From positions 690,816 to 754,815 of the forward strand of contig CBDCFW010000005.1 of assembly GCA_965216465.1 (NCBI GenBank): a DNA stretch of 64,000 nt. Reading direction: 5' to 3'. This document shows, one piece after another, positions 31,119 to 41,517 of this stretch. A program made the position numbers and the translations under genes. The stretch is from Bacteroidia bacterium (GTDB lineage: Bacteria; Bacteroidota; Bacteroidia; NS11-12g; UBA9320). Below the pieces are notes generated by a model, which had not been told where the DNA came from, ran no database searches, and saw nothing but the letters and a program-made list of their open reading frames with translations. Each line of letters starts with the position of its first letter. The stretch's first letter is position 1.

Positions 31119-31804
31119 AATGAAATTTCTCGTTTATCGCGAAAAAAGCGACCGGTTGGGCCATCACTATCCAATGTTGCAGCCCATACAATGGTTTCTG
31201 CACCTTTTTCTACCGAACGTGTTGCTGCGGACCCTCCCATATCGGTACGTACCCAGCCTGGACAAACTGAATTAACCAAGATGCCTTTTGACCTCAGTTC
31301 GGCTGCAGCTTTAATTGTTAAAACATTCATGGCCGTTTTAGACATGCTATATCCAGGTGTTCCTCCCGACATGCCCTGAATGGCACCTGCCCCACTACTC
31401 ACGTTTACAATTCTTCCATTTCCTGAGAGCTCTAATAGCGAACCAAAGCTTTGAATCATTGCCCACGCTCCAAGCACGTTGGTCTCAAGAGTTTGTCTGA
31501 TTTCGTTTAAATCAGAATTTAAAACGGTGTTCCAGGTATCATAATTTATACCAGCATTATTTACAAGTACATTGAGTTGACCAAATCTAGCTCTTATGAA
31601 CTCAGCCAGCTTTTGCACACTAGCTTTGCTTGAAACATCAAGTTCGTGCACAATTACATTATCGGGATTGCCTATATCAGCCTTGGCCTGCTCTCCATTC
31701 AATTGATTCCGGCTTCCAAGAATTACGGTGTAGCCCAGCAAGGCCAGTTGTCTAGTTACTTCTAAACCAATACCCCTGTTGGCCCCTGTGACAATTGCAA
31801 TCAT
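31115..31804 (-). CDS. SDR oxidoreductase (carbonyl reductase-like)
   Basis: TGANRGIG, NNAG, YSMSK, PGWVRTDMGG. Confidence 0.92.
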   Translation of the reverse strand: MIAIVTGANRGIGLEVTRQLALLGYTVILGSRNQLNGEQAKADIGNPDNVIVHELDVSSKASVQKLAEFIRARFGQLNVLVNNAGINYDTWNTVLNSDLNEIRQTLETNVLGAWAMIQSFGSLLELSGNGRIVNVSSGAGAIQGMSGGTPGYSMSKTAMNVLTIKAAAELRSKGILVNSVCPGWVRTDMGGSAATRSVEKGAETIVWAATLDSDGPTGRFFRDKREISF

Positions 31805-31860
31805 AGCTGCAATATACACCTAACCATATGTGAAACTCAGAATGAGGTCTTAAAACGAGG

Positions 31861-32301
31861 TTAAAGTGTAAGCTTACAATTCCACTCTTCTCCAGAAATT
31901 GAAGCTCCTAAAGATTTATAAAAGCCTTGTGCCTTTACATTCCAATCGGTGACTTGCCATTTTAAAGATTTTGCTTCAATATGCCTTCCTTGTTCTATTA
32001 TTCGATTTAGTAAAGCTGTGCCTACTCCTTGAGCTCGACTTGCCTCTTGAACAAATAGATCATCCATATAAATTGAAGTACCACTCCACGTATGGTAGGT
32101 ATAGAAATAGGTTGCATAGCCTATCAACTTTCCATCTTGTTTGGCCACGAAGCCCTTAAACATATCCTTCTCCTTTTTCATTAATTCAACCGTATTCTTC
32201 ATGTGGTCAGAAAGATTTAGGTAATCTGCGAATTCTTGAATAAGTGCGTGCAGCTCTTCGAAGTCCTCGACTCCAAGAACATCAATGGATACATTAGTCA
32301 T
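31861..32301 (-). CDS. GNAT acetyltransferase (SSAT-like)
   Basis: YMDDLFV...RAQGVG...WNVKAQGFYKSLG. Confidence 0.88.
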   Translation of the reverse strand: MTNVSIDVLGVEDFEELHALIQEFADYLNLSDHMKNTVELMKKEKDMFKGFVAKQDGKLIGYATYFYTYHTWSGTSIYMDDLFVQEASRAQGVGTALLNRIIEQGRHIEAKSLKWQVTDWNVKAQGFYKSLGASISGEEWNCKLTL

Positions 32302-32354
32302 TGTGATTTGAAACCACAATGATAGGATTTTCCACTACTAAACCTTAACTAGGC

Positions 32355-33350
32355 CTAGTGCTTTATAATCTTTTTGCTAAAGATACTCCCGTTACTTTCA
32401 ATGCTGACAATATACATGCCTGAAGAAAGCGTTGAAATATCCATTTTGAGTTGTCCACTGGCAGCTTTCGTCTGCAATACTCTCCCTGAAAAGTCTGAAA
32501 GAAAAACTGTTGACTTAAGGTCTAATGGAGTATCTACATAAACTACATCTTGAGCTGGATTCGGATAAACCGAAATGTTTTTCTGAGTTAATTCATCTAT
32601 CGACGCAGTTTGACCCGAAGCTTCTTCAGACGATTGCACCTGTTCAATAGATTTAGTTGAACTGTTTTGAACGATGGCTAGTGCGTACATTCTTTGTGCA
32701 TCCCAATCCTGATGGTTTACTGTACGAGCGAAGATTACCAGTGAGTCTCCAGGTTGAGGAAGGTTAATTGCTTCATCAATCATTGTATTTCGGTATACAT
32801 TATAATGACGATTTTCTCCATTTGGTGCGTTATAAAACACCGTATCTTCAACTGAAAAAATTGTCAAGTTAAGGTCTGATAGACTGTGAGATTCAGTAGC
32901 TTTAATTATAGCACGAACCACGAGCGAATCATTTCCTTTTTTGATAGTATTTAAAGTTATACCTACAGGCGTAGTTTCTCCCTGTTCTGATGTATACAAA
33001 CTAGATGATCCAAAATTTACACCCCCTGACTGAACCTTTCCTTGTACAACAACACGAGGAGTAGCTCCATAAATTCCATAATAATTGGTTCTATCGTCGT
33101 TGCCTGATTTATTGTGTTGATTGAGCAAGCAAGAAGAATATGGGCTGCTTGGATGGTACGAGATATGGTACACTTCAGATGCCGATGCTAAGTTTTGATG
33201 TAAGCTAGGGTTTTTGCTCCCGCAAATTCCGCATCGCGTATTGGTAAAGTGTTCAACTATAACATTTCTCTCGGTTTGTGAATAAGCCGCTTCAACAAAA
33301 GCTAGCATGGAGAGTGTTAAAATGATCTTGGTGATTTTTTGCATATTCAT
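32355..33350 (-). CDS. Omp28-related thioredoxin-fold protein with T9SS CTD
   Basis: VEHFTNTRCGIC, APNGE, VYPNP CTD. Confidence 0.82.
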   Translation of the reverse strand: MNMQKITKIILTLSMLAFVEAAYSQTERNVIVEHFTNTRCGICGSKNPSLHQNLASASEVYHISYHPSSPYSSCLLNQHNKSGNDDRTNYYGIYGATPRVVVQGKVQSGGVNFGSSSLYTSEQGETTPVGITLNTIKKGNDSLVVRAIIKATESHSLSDLNLTIFSVEDTVFYNAPNGENRHYNVYRNTMIDEAINLPQPGDSLVIFARTVNHQDWDAQRMYALAIVQNSSTKSIEQVQSSEEASGQTASIDELTQKNISVYPNPAQDVVYVDTPLDLKSTVFLSDFSGRVLQTKAASGQLKMDISTLSSGMYIVSIESNGSIFSKKIIKH

Positions 33351-33550
33351 ATAAAGGATTTACTAGTATTTATCGAGTAAGGTTGCCAATCATTACAGAT
33401 AGTAGAAGAAGATTTGTTTGTGCAATGTCATTTCCATAGTGATAAACAAACTTCAAGTAGTTTTTGATTTATACACATATTCAACATCGTTAATAACGAT
33501 ATAAATCAATTCACTAATTTCGTAGAACATCATAACCAATTAGCATCTTA

Positions 33551-33586
33551 AACCCTCATTAACCCTCATTAACCCTCATTAACCCC
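33551..33586 (+). repeat. Tandem AACCCTCATT x3.5 just upstream of the start codon
   Basis: Three exact 10-mers plus a partial copy. Confidence 0.85.
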
Positions 33587-33592
33587 TGAAGG

Positions 33593-34333
33593 ATGGCAAA
33601 AAACACAGTGGTTGTTATAGAAGACAATCCAGAAATACGAGACACAATCAAAGACCTCTTAGAATCGAGTGATTACAATGTACATACTGCAGCAGACGGT
33701 ATTGAAGGACTTAATTTGATTCGAAGCGAGAGTCCAGATGTTGTTTTGTGCGACATTATGATGCCAAAAATGAATGGCCACGAAATGGTTAAGCAATTGA
33801 GAGCGGATGTAAATTTAAGACACACACCGGTAATTTTTGTTACCGCTAAAGTTGCTTTAGATGAAAAGCTTGAAGGATTAGAACTTGGTGCTAACGACTA
33901 CATTACAAAACCTTTTGAGTTACAGGAGTTGTTGCTAAAAATTAAGAATACCGTCTCATTGCGAGATGCCACCTTAAATTTTGTTAGATCGAAACCTCAA
34001 GAAGTTGAAGTTCTATCAAAAGATGAGCGTTTAATTATTCAACTTAATTCCATCATCGAAAGTAGAATTAAGGAAACAGGACTGGGATTGAATGATTTAG
34101 CTGCTGACCTTAAAATCAGTACTTCGTCGCTACAGAAAAAATTAAGAAAAATTAGCGACAAGTCTGTGAGTCAGTACTTACGAGAATACCGGTTGGATCG
34201 AGCCAAAAATCTGCTTGATTCTAATTTTGGCACTTTGAAGGAAATCACTGCTGAGTGCGGTTTTAAGAACGTAAGTTATTTCTCTCGCAGCTATAAAGCC
34301 TATTTCGGTCATTCACCAAAAAGAGGATTATAA
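33593..34333 (+). CDS. Response regulator (REC + AraC HTH)
   Basis: CDIMMP, KPF, CGFKNVSYFSR. Confidence 0.9.
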   Translation: MAKNTVVVIEDNPEIRDTIKDLLESSDYNVHTAADGIEGLNLIRSESPDVVLCDIMMPKMNGHEMVKQLRADVNLRHTPVIFVTAKVALDEKLEGLELGANDYITKPFELQELLLKIKNTVSLRDATLNFVRSKPQEVEVLSKDERLIIQLNSIIESRIKETGLGLNDLAADLKISTSSLQKKLRKISDKSVSQYLREYRLDRAKNLLDSNFGTLKEITAECGFKNVSYFSRSYKAYFGHSPKRGL

Positions 34334-34352
34334 ATTAAAATTTAGTCTAAAG

Positions 34353-35864
34353 GTGAGTTCAGATAACCAAAAAAGCAAGCTTAAGTCAGAGTACTTAGAA
34401 GTATTTGACACCATCGACCAGGGAATTGTGTATCAAGCATCAGATGGTCAAATTACCAATGCCAATCAAGCGGCACAAGACATTCTAGGCTTGACTCTTG
34501 ATCAAATGCAAGGCCGTGATTCGATGCATCCAGAATGGAAATCGATACATGAAGACGGTTCAGACTACCCTGGAAGCTCTCACCCCGCAATGGTGGCTCT
34601 TGAGACCGGCGAGGTGATTAAAAATAAAATTATGGGTGTATATCACCCAGAGAAGGACCAGCATGTTTGGATTAAAGTAAACTCTTATCCACTGTTTGAT
34701 GAAGACAAGAAAACAGCTTCGGGAGTATACACTACATTTACGAATATTACAGCTGAGTACAACAGCACAAAAGCGCTTGAAGAAAGTGAATCTAAATTCA
34801 GGGTTCTGTTTGATAATGCCTATCAATTTATTGGGCTAATGGGACCAGATGGTACGATGCTCGATGCCAATAAAACTGGTTTGCAATTTTTAGGAGTCGA
34901 AAGAGAAGCTGCGATTGGTGCTAAACTTTGGGAAACACCAGAATATGCATTAACTGAAAAAATTCAGAAAAAGATTCAAAATGCAGTAGCAATGGCCGCT
35001 AAAGGTCAATTCATTCGGTTCGATTTCAATTTAAAAGGTATTGACGGAACTAAAATTACTTTGGACTTCTCATTGAGGCCGGTGATGGATGAAAACAACA
35101 ATGTAATACTTTTAATCCCTGAAGGAAGAGATATTACAAAGAGGGTCCGTCTAGAGAAGGCGCTTCAGATGGAGAAAGAACTGAACGCCATGCAAGCCCA
35201 TTTTGCGATGAGTGCTTCTCATCAGTTTCGAACTCCACTTACAATTATTCAATCAAACACTGAATTACTCAGTCTTTTAAAAACCAATTTAGATCCTGAA
35301 TTGCAGGAGAAGTTTGAGCTCTACACCGAGCGAATCACGAATCAAGTAAAGCACACGGTGGGGTTAATGGATGACATTCTTTTGCTGGGTAAAATCACCT
35401 CAGGAGCTATTAGTCCGACCTATGAGGTTTTTGATGTTCAGGCCTTCCTCGAAAGCCTCATTACAGATTTAAACAACACCACCGAAAAAAATCGAATTCG
35501 GTTTAAGGCAACTGGAAAAATTGTGTCAATTCCATTGGACCAAAAACTCTTAACAGAAGCACTTAATAACCTGATTTCTAACGCATTAAAATATTCTACA
35601 GAAGATGTTAATGTTGAGTTAAAATTCGAAGCTACTCATATGACCATCTGCGTACAAGACTTTGGAATTGGAATCGAAAAATCGGACAGAGATAAGCTGT
35701 TTCAACCCTTTTTCAGATCGCAAGAAGTTCGTGACTTTAGCGGAACCGGACTGGGTCTAGCGATTGCAAAAGAGTACATCGAGGTTCAAGGAGGAACCAT
35801 CAATTTTAAAAGCAGTAAAGAAGAAGGCACTGAATTTATTATTCAATTCAAATACCCATCTTAG
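34353..35864 (+). CDS. Cytoplasmic PAS-PAS histidine kinase
   Basis: Two PAS domains, SHQFRTPL, NALKYS, GTGLGL. Confidence 0.9.
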   Translation: MSSDNQKSKLKSEYLEVFDTIDQGIVYQASDGQITNANQAAQDILGLTLDQMQGRDSMHPEWKSIHEDGSDYPGSSHPAMVALETGEVIKNKIMGVYHPEKDQHVWIKVNSYPLFDEDKKTASGVYTTFTNITAEYNSTKALEESESKFRVLFDNAYQFIGLMGPDGTMLDANKTGLQFLGVEREAAIGAKLWETPEYALTEKIQKKIQNAVAMAAKGQFIRFDFNLKGIDGTKITLDFSLRPVMDENNNVILLIPEGRDITKRVRLEKALQMEKELNAMQAHFAMSASHQFRTPLTIIQSNTELLSLLKTNLDPELQEKFELYTERITNQVKHTVGLMDDILLLGKITSGAISPTYEVFDVQAFLESLITDLNNTTEKNRIRFKATGKIVSIPLDQKLLTEALNNLISNALKYSTEDVNVELKFEATHMTICVQDFGIGIEKSDRDKLFQPFFRSQEVRDFSGTGLGLAIAKEYIEVQGGTINFKSSKEEGTEFIIQFKYPS

Positions 35865-35867
35865 CTA

Positions 35868-36833
35868 TTAGAATAGGATAACCTTTTCTGTTCCTAAAAG
35901 CTCTCTTTTTCTATAGATGACAACCATATACATTCCAGACAATTTTGGATCGAGTATAAGGTTTTGATGACCACACTGGCCACGCAATACAAGATTGCCA
36001 GCAAGGTTGTATAACTCAATTTCTATATCATCCCCATCAACAGAACTAACCTCAATTTGAGCAGGTGTCTGTACAATGGCATAAGGCAGTGCCCGATCTT
36101 TTTCCAGAACTACGACGTCTGAATAGGAGGATTTTCCGTCAAAGTCCACTTGTTTGATCCTCATCAACAGAGTCGATTCGTTTTGCAATTCAAATGGTAG
36201 CTCAATCGATTCCCGGTAATTGAGAATAGAATTGGAAGTGCCACTTTCAGCTTGTGATTTCACTTCTTTAACCGCTACAAACTCCGAAGTTTGCTTACTG
36301 AGTTCAACTACAAAGTGGCTATTGTTTAACTCGGTGGCTGTTGACCAATTCAACGAAATCAAGTGATTATTGACTTCCGCATCAACATTTACCCACGATA
36401 CAGGTAAAAAAGTATGAGGTTGAAAACCAGAAGAAGTGTTTGTAGCAATTTGTGGCCCAGTTACGCTAAAGCTTCCATTGATGCTTGTTCCATTGTTAAA
36501 ACGAAAAGAGGAGCCTGAATTTCCACCCGTTATGGCTCCTCCATTGTGAACTAGCACAACGCCATTGTTCGTAAGATCAATCTTTTTTCCGTTGCCAAAT
36601 TGCAATGTCCCTTGTACGTGTAAAGTATCAATCAAAGCCGTTCCGCTCACATTACAAGTGATGGTATGACCCGCTTGAATTACATAAATAGTTGGAGTTC
36701 CGGACCCACTGCTTGTGAAAGAAGTAGACCAATTTCCGTTGCCATTAGATGTGAAAGTAGTTTGAGCTTGAGCATTAAATAACCCCAAAAAAGCCCATAA
36801 AAAAATACAAATAGTAGTAGTAGTTTCTCGCAT
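35868..36833 (-). CDS. Secreted protein with LPV Ig-like domain and degenerate T9SS CTD
   Basis: Signal peptide, LPVSW, WSTATE, RIKQVDFDG. Confidence 0.8.
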   Translation of the reverse strand: MRETTTTICIFLWAFLGLFNAQAQTTFTSNGNGNWSTSFTSSGSGTPTIYVIQAGHTITCNVSGTALIDTLHVQGTLQFGNGKKIDLTNNGVVLVHNGGAITGGNSGSSFRFNNGTSINGSFSVTGPQIATNTSSGFQPHTFLPVSWVNVDAEVNNHLISLNWSTATELNNSHFVVELSKQTSEFVAVKEVKSQAESGTSNSILNYRESIELPFELQNESTLLMRIKQVDFDGKSSYSDVVVLEKDRALPYAIVQTPAQIEVSSVDGDDIEIELYNLAGNLVLRGQCGHQNLILDPKLSGMYMVVIYRKRELLGTEKVILF

Positions 36834-37057
36834 GTTCTAAATAATTAACCCCCAACAGAACACCCCCAGTGTCTTAATAGGATATGCAAATATATGTACT
36901 TTTTATATCTTTTTACATATTTTCATGCATTAATTACGTATTTGTTCATATTAACTACCTTTATCTTTAATATTTATTTATGTCATCTAGGTTGATTTTT
37001 AAGGTCTATCTTGAGCTTAGATGAGTGAAATAGATTGATTATCTTCGAAGGCCAAAA

Positions 37058-37750
37058 ATGGCCAACACTAAACAACAACTTCTTCTCCTTCATGGTGCAT
37101 TAGGTTCAGAAAAGCAATTTAAAAAACTGACAACGTTACTTGCAGATCAGTTTGAAATAGCGACTTTAAATTTCGAGGGCCATGGTGGACTTCCAATAGA
37201 TAGAGATTTTTCAATAAATCACTTTGTTCAAAATCTAATTGACTATTTAGAAGAGATGAATTTTGTTAACGTCTCCATTTTCGGTTATAGTATGGGAGGA
37301 TATGTCGCTATAAAAGCTGCACTTCAAACGACTAGGATTAGAAACATTGTGACTTTAGCCACGAAATTTGATAGGAATGCTGAGGCTACTCAAAAAGAAG
37401 TTGCAATGCTAAATCCAGAAAAAATCGAAGAGAAGATACCGCACTATGCCGAATTCCTCAATCAACTACACCAGCCAAACAACTGGAAAGTGGTGATGCG
37501 GCAAACCGCAGGCATGATGACCAAACTAGCCAATGGCGAGAAGTTGGTAGAAGAAGATCTTGAGCAAATCTCCATCCCTATAACAATTGGTATTGGAGAC
37601 CAAGATCGTATGGTTTCAATTGCAGAATCAGAATGGGCCACTGCTTATTTACCTAACTCAACGTTGAAAGTCTTGGAAGGCGTCAAACATCCACTTGAGC
37701 AAGTTGAGCATAAACTACTCAAAGAGCATATTAAAAATGCAATAAAGTAA
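37058..37750 (+). CDS. Alpha/beta hydrolase
   Basis: LLHG, GYSMGG nucleophile elbow. Confidence 0.9.
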   Translation: MANTKQQLLLLHGALGSEKQFKKLTTLLADQFEIATLNFEGHGGLPIDRDFSINHFVQNLIDYLEEMNFVNVSIFGYSMGGYVAIKAALQTTRIRNIVTLATKFDRNAEATQKEVAMLNPEKIEEKIPHYAEFLNQLHQPNNWKVVMRQTAGMMTKLANGEKLVEEDLEQISIPITIGIGDQDRMVSIAESEWATAYLPNSTLKVLEGVKHPLEQVEHKLLKEHIKNAIK

Positions 37751-37778
37751 AAAGGCACCGCTAAAATCACGGTGCCTT
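37751..37778. terminator. Bidirectional terminator
   Basis: AAGGCACCG...CGGTGCCTT between convergent genes. Confidence 0.7.
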
Positions 37779-37785
37779 ACTAAAG

Positions 37786-38754
37786 CTATATGATGGTTGC
37801 AATTATCCAATAATAGAATGGGATTCCTATCATTACATTGACAGGGAATGTTATGCCCAATGCCATGGGTAGATAAAGACTTGGGTCGGCTTCTGGAATT
37901 GCCTCTTTCATAGCTGCTGGTACAGCAATATACGAAGCACCCGCACCTAAAATCGCGAACAAAAGTTGGTTACCTGCAGAATCTGTAATCTGTGCACTAA
38001 TTAAAAGTGCGATTAACCCATGCACAAAAGGCATAACCATGGAAAAAACAAAGGGGTACACTCCTTCTTTTATGATTATGGAAAGCTGTTTTCCACTGGT
38101 AATTCCCATGTCAAGTAAAAACACTGCTAAGAATCCCTTAAAAATGTCTGTTGTAAAAGGCTTAATTCCGGCTGCATGTTCAGGTGTTACTACATACCCA
38201 ATTAGTAAACTGCCCAATATTAAAATAACACTTCCGTTGGTGACTGAGTGCCATAGCAAGTTTGACATTCCTTTCTTAGATGCGGCACCAGACCGTTTAA
38301 ATAAATTTGTTAAAACCACTCCGACCACAATAGCAGGTGCTTCCATTGAAGCCATAACTGCAACCATGTGCCCATTGTATGCCAACGATTCTAATTCTAG
38401 AAATGAAGTCGCTGTAACAAACGTTACTGCACTAACAGAACCATACGATGCCGCTATTGCACCAGCATTGGCAACGCTCATTTTTCGTTTTAATAGAAAG
38501 AATGATCCTACAGGAATTGCAACAGCTAATAACATCCCAAGTCCAAGACTGAGTGCAATTTCTGAAGTAAATCCAGTATGTGATAATTCTTGGCCACCCT
38601 TAAAACCAATTGACAGAAGCAGATAAATAGAAATGAACTTTGAGCTATTTTCAGGAATTTTCAGATCACTTTTTATAGAGACCGCCATTATTCCAAGTAA
38701 AAAGAACAACAAAGCCGGATTGGTCAGGCTGGTAACAATGGTCTGTATATCCAT
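37786..38754 (-). CDS. sbtA: Sodium-dependent bicarbonate transporter
   Basis: SDLKIP, IGFKGG, YGSVSAVTF, ASYIAVPAA, LGITFP. Confidence 0.92.
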   Translation of the reverse strand: MDIQTIVTSLTNPALLFFLLGIMAVSIKSDLKIPENSSKFISIYLLLSIGFKGGQELSHTGFTSEIALSLGLGMLLAVAIPVGSFFLLKRKMSVANAGAIAASYGSVSAVTFVTATSFLELESLAYNGHMVAVMASMEAPAIVVGVVLTNLFKRSGAASKKGMSNLLWHSVTNGSVILILGSLLIGYVVTPEHAAGIKPFTTDIFKGFLAVFLLDMGITSGKQLSIIIKEGVYPFVFSMVMPFVHGLIALLISAQITDSAGNQLLFAILGAGASYIAVPAAMKEAIPEADPSLYLPMALGITFPVNVMIGIPFYYWIIATII

Positions 38755-38756
38755 TC

Positions 38757-39125
38757 TTACTTAGAGATCTTTACAGAAAGAGTTCGATTGTAAGTAATAT
38801 TTTGTCCCAGTTCCTCTGCCTTCAACAAGAAATGGTGAAGTGCTCGCGAAGAAATCATTGAAAGATTAACTTCATTAGCTGATGTCCACACCATTTTACA
38901 TTTTTCTTGTTCATTCATCTCCTTTAAGGTATCAAATAGAAGTTGAACTAGATCTTGAGAGTTATCTTCATCTTGAAGTCTTGACCCATTTTGAACCGCC
39001 GGATGTACTGAATTGGTCTGAATGTTGATTGTTAATTCTCCAGAATCGGCTTGTTCATTTTGATTAGCTGAGACGCCCATCTGGGTCGAATCGTAAGTAG
39101 AAATTTTTTGTGTTGCTAAATTCAT
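38757..39125 (-). CDS. Hypothetical protein upstream of sbtA (C-terminus weakly STAS-like)
   Basis: 122-aa ORF 2 bp from sbtA, preceded by a CAACTTTG -7 box. Confidence 0.55.
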   Translation of the reverse strand: MNLATQKISTYDSTQMGVSANQNEQADSGELTINIQTNSVHPAVQNGSRLQDEDNSQDLVQLLFDTLKEMNEQEKCKMVWTSANEVNLSMISSRALHHFLLKAEELGQNITYNRTLSVKISK

Positions 39126-39209
39126 ATTGTTGTATTTGAATGCAAAGTTGCTACATTCGTATCATAATATTTTATTTATAGTTTTTATCTTTATCATTAG
39201 TATATATTA

Positions 39210-40127
39210 ATGCATTTTACATTTCACCAACTCAACGTGTTCTTAAAAGTGTCTGAATGTCAAAGCATTACGAAGGCAGCTGAAGAACTTCACCTTACCC
39301 AACCCGCAGTGTCGTTGCAATTAAAAAAACTTCAAGATCAGTTCGATCTACCACTAACTGAAGTTATTGGTCGACAACTATTTATTACTGATTTTGGTAA
39401 GCAAATTGCATTAAGGTGTGAAAAAATTTTAAACGAAACAGAGGGGATAAAATTTACCGTTGACCAATACAAAGGATTACTTTCAGGCCATATAAAAATA
39501 TCGGTCGTTTCAACAGGAAAGTACGTAATACCTTATTTCCTAAAATCGTTTATGGACCAATATCCAGGTGTCGATATTAGCATTGATGTTTCAAATAAGG
39601 GGCGGGTAATTGAAGGATTAAGCAATAACAAAAGCGATTTCTCCCTTGTTTCTGTGGTTCCTGATAACATTGAAGTTCATAGCTTAGAACTGATGGAGAA
39701 TAGACTCTACTTGATTGGAAGCAAGTCTCTTCAACAGCAAATTAAATCTCCGAAAGACCTTGAAAAAGTTACACTTGTTTTTCGTGAGGAAGGCTCAGCT
39801 ACAAGAATGGCCATGGAAGAGTATTTAGACAAACACAAAATCAAGCTTAAAAAATCACTCACGTTGGTATCGAATGAAGCTGTTAAGCAAGCTGTTAATG
39901 CCGGATTAGGGTTTTCCATCATGCCTTTAATTGGATTAAAATTATATCTCGACTATGAACAATTGGAAATCTTTCCATTAAGTGACCTACCAATTGTAAC
40001 CCGATGGAATTTGATTTATAATAAGGGAAAGAAATTAACTCCTGCCCAGAAAACATTGCTAGACTTTATTCAACAAAACAAACAAGTTATAATGAAGGAT
40101 AATTTTAACTGGGCACTGAGCCACTAG
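39210..40127 (+). CDS. LysR regulator (CbbR/CmpR-like), divergent from sbtA
   Basis: SITKAAEELHLTQPAVS, FREEGSATR, SNEAVKQAV. Confidence 0.92.
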   Translation: MHFTFHQLNVFLKVSECQSITKAAEELHLTQPAVSLQLKKLQDQFDLPLTEVIGRQLFITDFGKQIALRCEKILNETEGIKFTVDQYKGLLSGHIKISVVSTGKYVIPYFLKSFMDQYPGVDISIDVSNKGRVIEGLSNNKSDFSLVSVVPDNIEVHSLELMENRLYLIGSKSLQQQIKSPKDLEKVTLVFREEGSATRMAMEEYLDKHKIKLKKSLTLVSNEAVKQAVNAGLGFSIMPLIGLKLYLDYEQLEIFPLSDLPIVTRWNLIYNKGKKLTPAQKTLLDFIQQNKQVIMKDNFNWALSH

Positions 40128-40133
40128 TCTATA

Positions 40134-41516
40134 TTATTGTGTGACTAAGTCTGGCAAAAGAGCAAGCAGATAATAATACTCTAATATATTTATACGGTAC
40201 TCAACGAGACTCTTGATATACTTCTTTCTCGTTTCTAGCCATCTTAATTCTCGGTTGTTTAATACAAAATTGTTGCTTTCACCTAATTGAAATCGCTGTT
40301 GCTCAGCACGTAATAGCTCTTCATAATTGATGGCTGCTGATTGCCAAACCTGCTGAGTACTATCCAAAATTTGACGTGCTTGAATGTTCGCCTGAATTGC
40401 ATTGGAAATATCCATTTTGAAATATTCAGACTCTAATCCAACTATCTTCTTTTGAATTTCCCACTGCTTTGACCTCGCTCTTTCAGAACGAACAAATAAT
40501 GGATACGAAAACTCAAGTGCCCAATATTGGTTCTGGTCTAAATTGAGTGACCCTAGAATGGGATCGCCAGCATCTTGTTGAATGGCATACTTAACGTCGA
40601 GTTCTGGTTTTAAAAATTCTCTAGCCAACTTTGTTTTAGCTTCATACCCTGATGCACTCAACTCAAAGTAACGAGACATGGGATGTGTTGCAACAAAGTC
40701 TTGCGTAAATGCAGAATCAATTGATGCGAGTGCCTCTAGATTCCCGACCACTGGATCCATTGCCACGTTCGTGTTTAGAGCCATCGAAGTTCTTAATGAA
40801 GCTCGAGCAAATTGTAAGATCTTAGCTTGTTGAAAGTAGAAAGCCTCTCTGTTTTGAAGATTTATAAATGCTTCCAATGTATCAATTGCAGCTGCCTCAC
40901 CAATTAGCTGGTTCGACCTAACAAAATCGAGTCGATCTTCGGTGACCAACCGAGCCTGTAGAGCAAGCTCATTCATCAAAACAGCTTCGTACCATTTCCA
41001 GTATTCTTTTCCTGCTTCAAACAAAAACTTATTCAAATCAAGATACACTTTCAATTCAGTAGCATCGCGTTGAATTCGAGCAAGTTTTACTTTCGTTCTT
41101 TCCTTGTCTGTAATTAATCCTGCTCCTAATGGAACCTCAAACGCAAAAAAACCAAGACCATCTTGAGGTACCGTTTCCGAGGGGTTGATATAATCTCCAA
41201 ATGCCTGTCCATATCCTCCACTCACTTTTAGTGCATAGGGGGTTTGCACAGTAACAGAAGATGATGTTCTGCTATAGTATAGTTGGTCATTAAATCGTTT
41301 ACTCTCATACAAAGTCTGAAGCTTGGGCTCAAATGCAGCTTTCGTTTCGTTGTACTTCTCTGTTGCAAAGTCACTATTCAACGAAATCGATTGAATGTAT
41401 GGTGAGTTTTGCCATACGGATTTAAAATACGATCGCTCGTCTAGGTGCAATGTATCTTGTGCAAGGCTTGAAACACCCAGACTCAGCAATAAAATGAGTT
41501 TTATAAGTCTATGCAT
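40134..41516 (-). CDS. TolC-family outer membrane protein
   Basis: Signal peptide; AEQQRFQLGES; position in exporter operon. Confidence 0.85.
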   Translation of the reverse strand: MHRLIKLILLLSLGVSSLAQDTLHLDERSYFKSVWQNSPYIQSISLNSDFATEKYNETKAAFEPKLQTLYESKRFNDQLYYSRTSSSVTVQTPYALKVSGGYGQAFGDYINPSETVPQDGLGFFAFEVPLGAGLITDKERTKVKLARIQRDATELKVYLDLNKFLFEAGKEYWKWYEAVLMNELALQARLVTEDRLDFVRSNQLIGEAAAIDTLEAFINLQNREAFYFQQAKILQFARASLRTSMALNTNVAMDPVVGNLEALASIDSAFTQDFVATHPMSRYFELSASGYEAKTKLAREFLKPELDVKYAIQQDAGDPILGSLNLDQNQYWALEFSYPLFVRSERARSKQWEIQKKIVGLESEYFKMDISNAIQANIQARQILDSTQQVWQSAAINYEELLRAEQQRFQLGESNNFVLNNRELRWLETRKKYIKSLVEYRINILEYYYLLALLPDLVTQ

Positions 41517-41517
41517 G

